Source: an uncultured Acinetobacter sp. (GTDB taxonomy: Bacteria; Cyanobacteriota; Vampirovibrionia; Gastranaerophilales; Gastranaerophilaceae). Taken from it: a stretch of DNA of 64,000 nt. The stretch spans positions 20,426 to 84,425 of the forward strand of contig ONVC01000001.1 in assembly GCA_900321205.1 (NCBI GenBank), given 5' to 3'. The notes below the pieces were generated by a model that was not told the origin of the DNA, made no database searches, and worked only from the letters and a program-made list of their open reading frames with translations. The position numbers and the translations under genes were made by a program. Below are positions 48,853 through 59,290 of this stretch, in pieces (the first letter of the stretch is position 1; each line of letters starts with the position of its first letter).

Positions 48853-49638
48853 TTATGTCATGTTGTTTGTTACCTGCAGAATGTTGCTTGATGCCGTAAT
48901 CAGTCTTGAGTTAGATTCAAAAGCTCTCTGAGCTTTAATCAGACCAACAAGTTCATCAACGATTTGTACGTTTGAACCTTCTAACATACCTTGTTGAATA
49001 AGACCCAAACCGTTTTGTCCGGGTGTATCCTGTACAGGGTTACCTGATGCCTGTGTTTCCTGATAAAGGTTGTGACCTATTGATAACAAACCGGAAGGGT
49101 TTTGGAATTTAACAAGCTGAAGAGAACCAACAGTTGACTGTTGTGTTTGTCCGGGAAGTGTAACAGAAATGTTACCGTCTTGTGTTATTGTAATTTCTGT
49201 TGCGTCACGCGGAATTGATACAGACGGCTGGATTAAAAGACCGTCATTTGTACAAAGCTGTCCGAGAGAATCAACCTGTAAACAACCGTCACGTGTGTAG
49301 GCAAGCGAACCGTCTTCTTTCATTACCTGAAGGAAACCGTCACCTTCGATTTCGATATCAAGGCTTCTTCCGGTTGATATTGCAACACCCTGGGTAAATA
49401 CCCTTGTAGTGGCTGCTGTTTTTACACCAAGTCCGATTTCTATACCGACAGGTTGGTAAGTACCCTGGTTCATTAAAGCACCCGGGGTTCTGGCAGCCTG
49501 AGAAAGCAAATCCTGAAACTCAATACGTGATTGTTTGTATCCCGTAGTGTTAACGTTTGCCACGTTGTTTGCAATAACATCAAGATAATTCTGTTGTGCT
49601 ATCATACCTGTTGCTGCGGTTGTTAAAGCTCTTAACAT
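48853..49638 (-). CDS. flgG: Flagellar distal rod protein FlgG
   Basis: MLRAL.TAATGM.AQQ..LDVIANN.ANVNTTGYK, FQDLL, YTRDG, LEGSNV, AQRAFE.NS. Confidence 0.95.
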   Translation of the reverse strand: MLRALTTAATGMIAQQNYLDVIANNVANVNTTGYKQSRIEFQDLLSQAARTPGALMNQGTYQPVGIEIGLGVKTAATTRVFTQGVAISTGRSLDIEIEGDGFLQVMKEDGSLAYTRDGCLQVDSLGQLCTNDGLLIQPSVSIPRDATEITITQDGNISVTLPGQTQQSTVGSLQLVKFQNPSGLLSIGHNLYQETQASGNPVQDTPGQNGLGLIQQGMLEGSNVQIVDELVGLIKAQRAFESNSRLITASSNILQVTNNMT

Positions 49639-49742
49639 ATATTCCTCCAGTAATCAGATGGCAAAAACCAGCTGACTGTGTTCCAGTACTATATTTAAAC
49701 TTACCATTGAGCGATAGAGTATAATCCTACCTCTCCCCACTA

Positions 49743-49835
49743 ATACTATAAATGTATTTATGTATATATACATCAATCAAAAGGTTGAAAAATAAGGAAT
49801 TATCGGATGAAAAAATAGACCGAATGGTCTATTTT
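49743..49835 (-). promoter_or_regulatory. flgG operon promoter with double palindromic operator
   Basis: Perfect AAAATAGACC-gaat-GGTCTATTTT at 49812-49835, weaker CATCAATC-aaaa-GGTTGA at 49771, and a -10-like TTTATAGTAT. Confidence 0.65.
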
Positions 49836-49870
49836 AAAAAAGGCTTAATGCTTAAATATAATTAAATTAA

Positions 49871-50692
49871 TTATACTCTAAGTCTGCCCAGTGATACGGC
49901 AGTATCAAGCATATCGCTGTTTGTTGAAACTATTTTTGCCAAACTTTCGTAATTTCTTTGGGTGCTTATTGTGTTAATCATTTCCTTGATTACGTTAGAG
50001 TTAGAAAGCTCAAGCATTCCCTGCTGGATTACAAATTTTTCGGAACGAAGTTCGGGATTTTCTTCTGGTGTCTTGGGGATAAATCTTGTGTCATTAATTT
50101 CAAATAAATCATCTTTGTTTGAAAAATCCCATACACCGATAGTCTGCATCGGTATTTTTTGAAGTCCGGCATTCATTTCTATCATACCTTTTTCGCCGAT
50201 AACAATCTGAACTTTGTCTCTGACCAAATCCGGGTCTAAATCTTCGGGTATCATTCTGATACGTCTGTTGTTAATATCAAGTACGTATTCGCCCTGTTTT
50301 GTTACAAGATAATCCTGGTCATTTCTTGTGAATGAACCATTTCTTGTGTAATAAGTTTTTCCGTCAACATCCTGTATTTTGAAGAAACCGTCACCTTCAA
50401 TTGCAAGGTCATAAGGGTTATCTGTCTGATTAAGTGCGCCTTGTGAAAAATCATGAGTATATTCATAGGCAGAACTTCCGACACTCAGATTTCCCAGATA
50501 TCTTGTTGAATCATTTCTCAAAACTGATTCGGACTGTGTATAAACAGCAGACTCCATTAAATCCTGGAATTTTATAGACCCTTTTTTGTATCCTACTGTA
50601 TTAACGTTTGCAAGGTTGTTTGCGGTATTGTCGTTCATATCCATAAGAGCGAGCATACCGTTTGCACAAGATTCTAAACCTCTAAGTATCAT
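49871..50692 (-). CDS. flgF: Flagellar proximal rod protein FlgF (FlgF/FlgG family)
   Basis: ANNLANVNT.GYK, DFSQG.L..T.NP.DLAIEGDGFF, YTRNG.F, LE.SN.N.IKEM. Confidence 0.85.
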   Translation of the reverse strand: MILRGLESCANGMLALMDMNDNTANNLANVNTVGYKKGSIKFQDLMESAVYTQSESVLRNDSTRYLGNLSVGSSAYEYTHDFSQGALNQTDNPYDLAIEGDGFFKIQDVDGKTYYTRNGSFTRNDQDYLVTKQGEYVLDINNRRIRMIPEDLDPDLVRDKVQIVIGEKGMIEMNAGLQKIPMQTIGVWDFSNKDDLFEINDTRFIPKTPEENPELRSEKFVIQQGMLELSNSNVIKEMINTISTQRNYESLAKIVSTNSDMLDTAVSLGRLRV

Positions 50693-51264
50693 TAGTTTGC
50701 TCCTTTCATCTTATCGTATTTACTCAACACGCTTTTTACATAGTTTTGTGTTTCCTGATACGGAGGAATTCCGCCGTATTTTTTAACAGCATTCGGACCT
50801 GCATTGTATGCGGCGAGTGCCAGAGATTTGTTGTTATCAAATCTGTCCAAAAGACCTTTCAGATACTTAGTTCCGCCCTGAATGTTCTGCTCAGGGTCAT
50901 AAGCATTTGTAACACCTAACCCCTGTGCTGTTCCAGGCATAAGTTGCATTAATCCCATTGCACCGCATTTAGAAGTTGCGTTAGGGTTAAAACCTGATTC
51001 CTGATTTATTACCGCTTTTACAAAATCGACATCCAGCCCTGCCTGTTCCGAGTATTTATCAATCAGCTCATTAATCTCCGCTCTTGATGTCGGAGTTGTA
51101 TTTTGTGTGTTTTTCATAGAAGAATCAAGAATCTTCTGAAAATCTTCCGTAGGTTTTTGAGGTGCATTATAAGACATAAGCGACTGAAATTGACTTTCTA
51201 TCGCCTGTATTCTGTGTAACGTTGCATCCAAACCTGTAACGTTCATATCCTTACTTAACCTCAC
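50692..51264 (-). CDS. Soluble lytic transglycosylase, flagellum-associated
   Basis: [43 protein letters not shown]. Stop overlaps the flgF start. Alternative start ATG 51246. Confidence 0.9.
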   Translation of the reverse strand: MRLSKDMNVTGLDATLHRIQAIESQFQSLMSYNAPQKPTEDFQKILDSSMKNTQNTTPTSRAEINELIDKYSEQAGLDVDFVKAVINQESGFNPNATSKCGAMGLMQLMPGTAQGLGVTNAYDPEQNIQGGTKYLKGLLDRFDNNKSLALAAYNAGPNAVKKYGGIPPYQETQNYVKSVLSKYDKMKGAN

Positions 51265-51341
51265 TCACCATTCTTTGAAAAGGGCATTTTATATTTACCC
51301 CTACTTACCACAGGAGGAATATTTTATAATATCCTCCAAAT

Positions 51342-51431
51342 ATACTATAAACTCTATTTTTTCAATTTTCATCAATCGAATGGTTTATTTTTGGGGCAAA
51401 CAGTACTAAAAAATAGACCATGTGGTTAATT
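51342..51431 (-). promoter_or_regulatory. slt-flgF operon promoter with the same double operator
   Basis: AAAATAGACC-atgt-GGTTAATT, CATCAATC-gaat-GGTTTATTTT and ATACTATAAA at near-identical spacings to those upstream of flgG. Confidence 0.6.
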
Positions 51432-51824
51432 CTTTTTTCTAAAAGCAAACAGCTTGAATGCTATATAAGTGAAAACTGCAGCGGTAAAGTTTGAGATAAG
51501 CTGTGCTATATAGACATTAAGATGTAAATATTGCACTGTAAACTCCAGAAGTCCTGCATTAATAAGGTAACTGAAAAACCAGGTTATGCAGCATTTCAGG
51601 TATTCTTTGTACCACACGCCTTTACTTTCAAAAACAAAAGTTCTCTGCATTGTAAAAGATATTGCGGAAGACAAAAACCAGGCAAGAGCCAGCGCAATCT
51701 GATAAACCCTGTCACCCATCAACAGGCAGATAAGAGCGTAAATCAGGTAGCATACACCTGCATTAAAGCTTCCTACAAACAAATATCTTATTTTATCGTC
51801 TAACGAAAACCAAAACTTTTTCAT
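51426..51824 (-). CDS. GtrA-family membrane protein
   Basis: IRYLFVG..N, R.FVF, 4 TM helices, K.FAF C-terminus. Confidence 0.88.
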   Translation of the reverse strand: MKKFWFSLDDKIRYLFVGSFNAGVCYLIYALICLLMGDRVYQIALALAWFLSSAISFTMQRTFVFESKGVWYKEYLKCCITWFFSYLINAGLLEFTVQYLHLNVYIAQLISNFTAAVFTYIAFKLFAFRKKN

Positions 51825-54082
51825 TAGTAGTTGTACTCCGGTATAACAAACTGTTCGTTATTTGCATCTTTTTCTACAAACTCAAGATAATGATTTAGTG
51901 CAACTTCTTTTGAGCTTTCATAGAATTCATCAGAGATAATTTTCTTGTGTAACTCTGTTCTTTCACCTGAATAATTACCTAAAATCTGAGAAAATTTTTG
52001 TATATTATCTAAATCCTCTCCGCCTGAGTATGCTTTTGTTTTTGCATCAGTTCCTGAAGGTCTGATTTCAACGTATTTATCAGTGAATTTTAAATAAGTT
52101 CCGTCACCTACAAATTTTACATCAACAAGATTGTCAAATTTAAGTTCAGGAAATGCGTCATTAAGAACTTCTTTAACCTTATCAACACCGAATAGTCCTT
52201 CACGGATACCTATAGCAAGTGACAGATAGAACAAATCATTCTTAGTTCTTTGTTTTTCACCTTCCGCTTTTGCGAGTTTTAATTTTTCAATATCCGGTTC
52301 GGATTCGTTATAATAAGCAATATCTTCTCTAACATCAAATTTTGCAATAATATTATTTTCTTCAAAGATTTCAATAAGATACTCGGAAAGAGTTGTGTTT
52401 TCTTCTTCCAGTTTTGCTCCAAGACAAGATGCGACAATAATAGCTTCCGTTGCACTCTTTTCTCTCATAGCGATAGCTTTTCTGCCGGATAGAGATTCAA
52501 TCATATCTTCAGAGCCCATAATCATACCGCCTGATTCTTCTCCGCCGAATATCATTCTTGGCTGAACACCTAGGTTAATTGAGTTTCCGAAAACATCATC
52601 AATGATGACTTCTTTATCAGGATTATTTTTGATTTGAAGTTCAACTTTTTTCATTATGTTAGCAATCTCTTTAAATCCGACAGGAACATTCACAACCTTA
52701 ATGCCGTTTTTAGCAGCCCATTCGTCCCAAGAAAGAGCAGAAGCCGTTGTTTTAATCATAAATCTCGGATGATTTTTAAATTTACCTTCGTGTTTAAGCT
52801 GTTTTACACGATAATTCATAAGCATTAAAAACGCCTGATTAGCAGTGTAAACAGTTAAAATCCTGTTTTCATCAAGTTCAATATAAGAGATACCAAAATC
52901 ATTCAACATGGGCTCATTTCCTGATGCCTCAATTTGACAAACAGTAAGCCTGTCATGGTCAGGATCGGTAATCAGAACAATAGTACCTAACGGCAAGTCT
53001 TTTAAAACTTTCTCATAGTGCATACTCTCTATTACAGGGAAATATTTACTGCCATCAGGATGTTTTGCAATAACCGTTGCATCAACGGAATAGTCATAGA
53101 AAGTTTTGTTACCCTTCGGGTCGGTATCATATTTACCGATTGAATGGAAGAACGGGTCTTCTTCCGTGTTATTCCAGATGTATTTATCCTGAATACCGAG
53201 TTTTTCCAAAACTCTGCTCAAAGTGCGGTAAGCGCAGCCGCCTACGGACTCTATGAATAATTTACCCTCCATCTTTTTTATGCTGTCGATGTTTTGGGCA
53301 ACGCCTGATTTCAGATATTCAACATATAAATCGATTCCGTCATTAAGTTTTTTCATAATACTTTCATCAATTAACGGGTCATTTTTCGGAGCAATTTTAA
53401 TTTCGTATGAACCGTCACGTTCAACAATGTCGAATATTTCCTGAATCTTATTTACAAACTCCAAAGATTCTTCGGGAAGATACTGGCTTCCCTGAGAGTT
53501 TAAATCTTTTGTTGCTGTTTTAACCGAAATACCGTGGCTTGATGTTATGTACTCTCCCCCCAGCAAATCAAGTTTAAAGGCTAAAAATGATGCTAACCAA
53601 ATAGGAATGGTTTTTCTGCCTTCGGGGGTCAGAGTTTTTATACCCTGTGCTGCCTGTATTCTTGCAATTGCATCAAGATATAAATCTGAGTTGTAACGTA
53701 CTTCTGAACCAACAAGTTTGCGAATTTCTTTTCCTTCATACTTGGAACGTGCAACAAGAGCCTTGGCAAGTGTTGCAAGAACTATTCCGACAAGGTTAAT
53801 AGGGAATCTTGTATCCTGAGGGAAAATAATATTCTGAGGGCCTCTTATGCCTGCTGTTGAGACTTTTGCTTCCTTTGAATAATTAGCAAACCATTCTTTC
53901 AGATTTAAGCCTTCCGGGTTGCTTTCGGAGTGTGGGTAAAGGTGTTCACGTTTCAGAGTAAATGTAAATCCGCCTTCATTATTAAAGTTCATTAAATCCA
54001 GATTCTTTATGTAATCCGGTGTTTTTTCAAATACACTGTAAAACAATTCTTTTTCCAACTCACAGCTTGGCTCTCTTTTCAT
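51824..54082 (-). CDS. Alpha-D-phosphohexomutase (phosphoglucomutase/phosphomannomutase) family protein
   Basis: TAGIRG, TSSH (phospho-Ser), DPDHDR metal loop, VGFKEI, GEESGG, RPSGT. Confidence 0.85.
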   Translation of the reverse strand: MKREPSCELEKELFYSVFEKTPDYIKNLDLMNFNNEGGFTFTLKREHLYPHSESNPEGLNLKEWFANYSKEAKVSTAGIRGPQNIIFPQDTRFPINLVGIVLATLAKALVARSKYEGKEIRKLVGSEVRYNSDLYLDAIARIQAAQGIKTLTPEGRKTIPIWLASFLAFKLDLLGGEYITSSHGISVKTATKDLNSQGSQYLPEESLEFVNKIQEIFDIVERDGSYEIKIAPKNDPLIDESIMKKLNDGIDLYVEYLKSGVAQNIDSIKKMEGKLFIESVGGCAYRTLSRVLEKLGIQDKYIWNNTEEDPFFHSIGKYDTDPKGNKTFYDYSVDATVIAKHPDGSKYFPVIESMHYEKVLKDLPLGTIVLITDPDHDRLTVCQIEASGNEPMLNDFGISYIELDENRILTVYTANQAFLMLMNYRVKQLKHEGKFKNHPRFMIKTTASALSWDEWAAKNGIKVVNVPVGFKEIANIMKKVELQIKNNPDKEVIIDDVFGNSINLGVQPRMIFGGEESGGMIMGSEDMIESLSGRKAIAMREKSATEAIIVASCLGAKLEEENTTLSEYLIEIFEENNIIAKFDVREDIAYYNESEPDIEKLKLAKAEGEKQRTKNDLFYLSLAIGIREGLFGVDKVKEVLNDAFPELKFDNLVDVKFVGDGTYLKFTDKYVEIRPSGTDAKTKAYSGGEDLDNIQKFSQILGNYSGERTELHKKIISDEFYESSKEVALNHYLEFVEKDANNEQFVIPEYNY

Positions 54083-54148
54083 ACAAACTCTCCTATAAAA
54101 TTTATTCTTGGCTTTATTATATCATAAAATACAAAGCCCTTCACCCGT

Positions 54149-54586
54149 TCATCCTTCGAGCATGAAAGTAACAGGCCCGTCGTTTATAAGTGATACTTCC
54201 ATCATTGCGCCAAAAACACCGGTTCCTGTTTTTACCCCGTATGACTGAATCTGAGATACGAAATATTCATAAAGTTCGTTGGCAATCTGAGGAGGTGCGG
54301 ATTTATCAAAACTTGGCCGTGTACCTTTTTTACAATCTCCGCACAAAGTAAACTGGGATACAATAAGCATTTCTCCCTGAACATCCAAAAGCGACAGGTT
54401 CATTTTGTCGTTTTCATCGGGGAATATTCTAAGGTTAACAACTTTTTTGGCAAGTTTTTCAACCTGTTCACGCGTATCCTCTTTTTCTATCCCGACCAGC
54501 GCAAGAATCCCTTTACTAATGGAAGAAACTGTTTCTCCGTTAATATTTACCCCTGCTTTTTTAACTCTTTGTATTAAAACTTTCAT
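54149..54586 (-). CDS. dtd: D-aminoacyl-tRNA deacylase
   Basis: IQRV, LRIF.D...KMN.S, VSQFTL, G.RPSF, NDGPVT. Confidence 0.96.
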   Translation of the reverse strand: MKVLIQRVKKAGVNINGETVSSISKGILALVGIEKEDTREQVEKLAKKVVNLRIFPDENDKMNLSLLDVQGEMLIVSQFTLCGDCKKGTRPSFDKSAPPQIANELYEYFVSQIQSYGVKTGTGVFGAMMEVSLINDGPVTFMLEG

Positions 54587-56484
54587 TATATTTCACCGGA
54601 TATTCTGTCTATTTCTGCTGATATTGTGTTCATTTTTGTTTCTGCCGCATTTGTATATTCCGTTATTTTATTGATTATATTTGTAACAGAGTCAACGGTA
54701 AACTCCCTTGTCATCTTCATTTCGTAATCTATATTAATGCGTTCCGCTGTCATAATAAAGTCAAAAAGTTTGTTGTTTTTTGAAAAATCGTAACTCAAAG
54801 CGGTGTATCCCGTAACAAGCTTTTTAAAACTTTTCAATATTTCCGGCGTAATATTTTTGTACCGTTTGATATCATTATTGATGTTTCTGCCGATTTTTCT
54901 GACCTCTTCTATAATCAGATTTGCGGATTTTAGGCTTTCTTTTGCTTTAAAAAGATTATCTTTTATGGTTTGTACGTTGTATTTGAACTCTGTTTTAAGT
55001 TCTCTGTTTTCGATTTTTTCAGAACCTTCAAGAGCTTCGTCGAGCGGCATATTTTTAAATCCGTCTATCTGTGCTCCGACAAGAGAAGTGTTAATGTATT
55101 CTCTGTCAGGATAACCCTGAGTGTATTCGCTTAACGGCTGAATAAATGCTGCATAAACCGATTCTGTCGGAATCATATCACCGTTTATTCCCTTAACGTG
55201 GTAGAGGGCGGAATTGAGAGCGTGTATTCTGTCAATAGCTTTTTGTTTTCTGATTTCAGGGTCGTCATAGTTCCCGAGTGACAAACAAAAACTTTCAAAA
55301 TCTTTTGCGGTAATTTCCCATTTTTTTGACTCTTCATTGTATTTGCAAACCAGGTCTTTGTACGCCGAATCTTTACTGTAACACTGTCCTTCAATGTATG
55401 CCAAATCCTGCCCGACAAGAACAATCTTTGAACAGCCCAAAATCCTTGCAACATTTAAAGCCGTATAAGATACGGTTCCTTTTGAATAGTATTCTGAAAT
55501 ATCAGTGTCGGATAAATCTCTCCACAGTTCGTTTACCGGAAGGTTTTGAGAAGTGTGTGTGTAAACATTTTTGTATTTAAATTCTCTTAAATTCGGATGA
55601 GCATAGGGTTCCGTAATAAAGTTGACTTCACTCAAATCAAGTCCGGCAATTTGTTTGGAACAGTCATTAGCCTCGATAATACAAAGAAAATCCGGAGTAA
55701 TTCCGTTAGCACTCAAAGCTTTCATAGCGGTACCAACGGTTATTAAAACATAGTTATCTCTGTATTTTTTTAGCGTTTCAATATTTCTGTCAAGAGTAGG
55801 ACCGGCAGAAACAACAACCGCTGTCTTTCCCTTGAAAAAATCTTTAAACTCACTGACAGGAACTTCATTAACTAATTTCGGAATATTTTTGAAGGTTTTT
55901 AGTATCAAATCGTAAAATTTTTCCTGGGTGTATTTAAGGTCTAGGCTAAATCTTCCGATTGTATGCTGAAGCTCTGTTACCATGTTGTTAAAATTGTCTT
56001 CATCAAGTTCTCTGTATGCCGTAGTAGAAAGTAACAGCGGAGTGTTTTTCATATTTGATTTCTGATAAATATAACCGCAGGCTTCAGAAAAGTCATTTGT
56101 AATATATACGTTGCTCTTTTTGATATTATCGGAAAAATCAACCAGAGCAAAAGCTGTTCTTAGAATATTTAAATCGGGTTCGTACAGGATAACGGTTCCC
56201 AAAGATTTGGCAGTAGTGACCTGAAACAGGTAACCTAACCCCAAACCGTAGATTAAGTGTATGGCGACAGGAGTATTTTCAGCTTTTGAGAAAATTTCTG
56301 CCGCTTCGCCCAGCGGATTTGCGAGATTATGTAAGAACTTGCCTTTATATGTAAAGTTATAATAGTTATTTTCTTTTACAAGCTGCGGCACATCTGTCAG
56401 GATGTATGAGGTTAAAACATCTGCCAGTCTGGCATTTTTCTCCCTTAAAGCATTTATATTCTTTTCAAAAACGTTGTTGTTCAT
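54586..56484 (-). CDS. Motility-associated factor (Maf/DUF115, MptE-like) putative flagellin glycosyltransferase
   Basis: F.KN..AL, GLGLGY, YEPD, VVSAGPTLD.NI, GI.PDF, GTV...A...A..LG...I.LVGQDLAY. Confidence 0.82.
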   Translation of the reverse strand: MNNNVFEKNINALREKNARLADVLTSYILTDVPQLVKENNYYNFTYKGKFLHNLANPLGEAAEIFSKAENTPVAIHLIYGLGLGYLFQVTTAKSLGTVILYEPDLNILRTAFALVDFSDNIKKSNVYITNDFSEACGYIYQKSNMKNTPLLLSTTAYRELDEDNFNNMVTELQHTIGRFSLDLKYTQEKFYDLILKTFKNIPKLVNEVPVSEFKDFFKGKTAVVVSAGPTLDRNIETLKKYRDNYVLITVGTAMKALSANGITPDFLCIIEANDCSKQIAGLDLSEVNFITEPYAHPNLREFKYKNVYTHTSQNLPVNELWRDLSDTDISEYYSKGTVSYTALNVARILGCSKIVLVGQDLAYIEGQCYSKDSAYKDLVCKYNEESKKWEITAKDFESFCLSLGNYDDPEIRKQKAIDRIHALNSALYHVKGINGDMIPTESVYAAFIQPLSEYTQGYPDREYINTSLVGAQIDGFKNMPLDEALEGSEKIENRELKTEFKYNVQTIKDNLFKAKESLKSANLIIEEVRKIGRNINNDIKRYKNITPEILKSFKKLVTGYTALSYDFSKNNKLFDFIMTAERINIDYEMKMTREFTVDSVTNIINKITEYTNAAETKMNTISAEIDRISGEI

Positions 56485-56538
56485 AAATTAACTCTCCACC
56501 CAAATTTATTCTATCAAATTTAACCAATATAATCAAAC

Positions 56539-56577
56539 AAAAAGGCGGTTTGGAAAATTTCCCAAACCGCCTTTTTT
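56539..56577 (-). terminator. pfp terminator
   Basis: AAAAAGGCGGTTTGG-aaaatttc-CCAAACCGCCTTTTT. Confidence 0.85.
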
Positions 56578-56598
56578 ATTAGATATTTACCACTACCT

Positions 56599-58278
56599 CT
56601 ATACAGAAGCTAATTTAGCCTGACTTTCGAGCTGCAATGTTACTGTTGTAATGTCGCAAACTGAAGAAGGTCCAAAGTATTGAATAGCACCCGGGAACAG
56701 GTATCTGTCGTTCAGCGCCCAGTCTTCTCTGTTAGCTTCAAGTTTTTTGAATACAGGTCCGTCAAGTTCAACAAGAGCCTTCTTGATAACAGGCTTCATT
56801 TCGCCGTGACGTCTTTCCATGTTCATCATCATTGTAAGAGGAACGCCGCCCGCAATCCAGTCATTAGCAGGTTCTGTTAAGTTTCTTACTGAAGAAAGGT
56901 ATCCTGTAAAACCGAAGTTAATCAGAGCAAACGCATTGAAACCTAATGAATAGCAGTAGTCTGCATCAAAGTTAGACGGGAATGCGCATCTTCCTTCATA
57001 ACCGAAGAAGTGTGACTGAGTTGAAAATTTGCCTGAATATTTGCCTTCTTTTTTAAGTTCTGCCAATTTTGTTTCAATCATAGAGATTAAAAGTTTTTCT
57101 GTTTCAATTTTAGAAACCTGAACGTTGCCGTGGGGATCTCTGTCCATTAACAACTGAGATTTGATAAGAGCCGGCAATGATTTGAACACGCCTGCATTTT
57201 CGCTTGAAAGTGTATTTTCAATGATTGCGATTTTTTCTGCATCAGTACCGTTAGAATACTTGCTGTCTTTTTCTAATAACGGCATAATGTCATTTAAGTT
57301 CGCAATCATTGTTTTAAGTTCCGGAACAAACTCAATTAAGCCTTCAGGAATAACTGCAATGCCGAAGTTTTTACCAATTTCTGAACGTGCAACGATAACG
57401 CTTGTCATATAGTTAATAATTGAAGAAAGTGACATTTTTCTTTGTTCAACTTCTTCTGAAATTAATGTTATATTTGGCTGAGTCTGAAGAGCTGCTTCGA
57501 GTGCTACGTGAGAAGCACTTCTTCCCATAATCTTGATAAAGTGCCAGTATTTTTTAGCTGAGTTTGCATCTCTTTCAATGTTTCCGATAAGTTCGCCGTA
57601 TGTTTTTGTTGCAGTATCAAAACCGAAAGAAATTTCGATTTGTTCATTCTTTAAGTCGCCGTCAATTGTTTTCGGGCAGCCAATAACCTGAATGTTAGCG
57701 TTATGAGCGACAAACCATTCTGCTAAAAGTGCAGCATTTGTGTTTGAATCGTCACCGCCTATGATTACAACGGCTGAAATGTTTAACTTTTTGCAAACTT
57801 CCCATGCAGACTGGAACTGTTCTTCTGTTTCAAGTTTAGTTCTGCCGGAACCGATAATATCAAAACCGCCTGTGTTACGGTAATCATTAATAAATTTGTC
57901 GTTAAATTCTACATATTTGCCTTCAATGATACCGCTCGGTCCGCCTAAGAAACCGTAAAGTTTGTTAGAAGAGTTTGCCTGTTTAAGAGCATCATAAAGT
58001 CCTGCGATAACGTTGTGTCCTCCCGGAGCCTGACCGCCTGACAGAATAACGCCGACATTTCTTAAATCAGACTGAATAGTATCAGTTGTAGTCTGGAATG
58101 TTACGGTTGGTTTTCCGTATGTATTTTTGAATAATGCTTTAATCTCTTCCTGGTTGGCAACCGATTGTGTTGCTGAGCCTTCAATTGACTGCAGATGATT
58201 TATGCCGGAAGCTAAGGAAGACGGTAATTTTGGTTGGTATTTAAGTCTTTCGACTTGTAATGGTGATAAATTTGTCAT
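56599..58278 (-). CDS. pfp: Pyrophosphate-dependent fructose-6-phosphate 1-phosphotransferase
   Basis: [46 protein letters not shown]. Confidence 0.95.
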   Translation of the reverse strand: MTNLSPLQVERLKYQPKLPSSLASGINHLQSIEGSATQSVANQEEIKALFKNTYGKPTVTFQTTTDTIQSDLRNVGVILSGGQAPGGHNVIAGLYDALKQANSSNKLYGFLGGPSGIIEGKYVEFNDKFINDYRNTGGFDIIGSGRTKLETEEQFQSAWEVCKKLNISAVVIIGGDDSNTNAALLAEWFVAHNANIQVIGCPKTIDGDLKNEQIEISFGFDTATKTYGELIGNIERDANSAKKYWHFIKIMGRSASHVALEAALQTQPNITLISEEVEQRKMSLSSIINYMTSVIVARSEIGKNFGIAVIPEGLIEFVPELKTMIANLNDIMPLLEKDSKYSNGTDAEKIAIIENTLSSENAGVFKSLPALIKSQLLMDRDPHGNVQVSKIETEKLLISMIETKLAELKKEGKYSGKFSTQSHFFGYEGRCAFPSNFDADYCYSLGFNAFALINFGFTGYLSSVRNLTEPANDWIAGGVPLTMMMNMERRHGEMKPVIKKALVELDGPVFKKLEANREDWALNDRYLFPGAIQYFGPSSVCDITTVTLQLESQAKLASV

Positions 58279-58420
58279 AAAAACTTCCCTTTCTTTTTGG
58301 GAATATTATACCATAAAAACAATAATAAATTTTACAAAGCATGCATAAGTGTTGAAAATAAAAAATGTTCGCAGTATATTATAAGTGTAAAAAATACAAT
58401 TATTACAAAAGGACACGGAA

Positions 58421-58642
58421 ATGAAAGTCAACAGTATATCATCAACCGGTTTTTGCGCCGGGGTTAATATTATAAGTGCGGAAAACCAACATCGTCAATA
58501 TTTATATAATGATATTGAAGCTATCAGAAAAGAATTTAAGATTCCTGTTTTATTTCATACACATAAGATAGAACTTCCATCTGTATCACAAGCAATAATA
58601 GCAAAGCTGAATGAACTTGGAATAAAATTTAAAAACATATAA
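58421..58642 (+). CDS. Small hypothetical protein with MKVNSISSTGF N-terminus
   Basis: 73-aa ORF, RBS AAGGA. Confidence 0.6.
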   Translation: MKVNSISSTGFCAGVNIISAENQHRQYLYNDIEAIRKEFKIPVLFHTHKIELPSVSQAIIAKLNELGIKFKNI

Positions 58643-59273
58643 CTGAATACTCGCAGGTGCAACTATTACCTGCTTTTATACATTCTTGTTTTTTTTGAAC
58701 GGAACTATAGCTGTCAATTTTGTCAGATAGTTCAAGGAGTCTCTTTTTATATTCGTTTTCCAAATCTTCGGAAAATGTAACGGTAACCTCTTCTTTGTGT
58801 TTCAGGTCAATATAAACAAAATCTATATCATTTGTTTTGAAAAAAGCGTGAACGCACAAGAGGTAGATTATGGTTTGATAATCGTATTTTGCGTTTTTTG
58901 GAGCAGAGCCTGTTTTGTAATCCAGAATATAATATTTATCCCCGTTTTTAACCAGTGCATCAAGTCTTCCGCCAAAGAAGTGTTTTCCTATTCGGAGTGC
59001 AAGGTTGTATTCCGTATTAATAACCTCATATCCAAAGTATTTACATGATTTAAGATAGGTCCAGACTTCAAACTCTTTTTGAGAAAGTGATTTTTCCATT
59101 TTGTCGATATTTTCTTTTCTCAGGTAGTAAGAAGCCAAAGCATGGATATTTTTACCAAACTCAAAGATTTCGTCATTAACAGGCATCTGAATATCCTGCA
59201 AGTAACGAAAATCAAACTTGCGAGGACATTCATTAAATGTTTTTAGCATATTTGGAGACAATTGCGGATACAT
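58629..59273 (-). CDS. PD-(D/E)XK nuclease (RecB/AddB-like) with Cys cluster
   Basis: LS...L..F..CPRKF, G..IH, E, GRLD, ILDYKTG, Q...Y, C-terminal Cys cluster ending C.CEY..IC. Confidence 0.85.
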   Translation of the reverse strand: MYPQLSPNMLKTFNECPRKFDFRYLQDIQMPVNDEIFEFGKNIHALASYYLRKENIDKMEKSLSQKEFEVWTYLKSCKYFGYEVINTEYNLALRIGKHFFGGRLDALVKNGDKYYILDYKTGSAPKNAKYDYQTIIYLLCVHAFFKTNDIDFVYIDLKHKEEVTVTFSEDLENEYKKRLLELSDKIDSYSSVQKKQECIKAGNSCTCEYSVICF

Positions 59274-59290
59274 ATTAAATAATCCCTTTA

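Noticed and set aside
49640-49740. c-di-GMP riboswitch in the flgG leader
   Set aside because: A hairpin abuts the RBS (AGTCAG.TGG...CCA.CTGATT), but the GEMM consensus elements are not visible.
58629-59273. Cas4/CRISPR system
   Set aside because: No repeat-spacer array or other cas genes in the window. Fits a stand-alone RecB-like nuclease.
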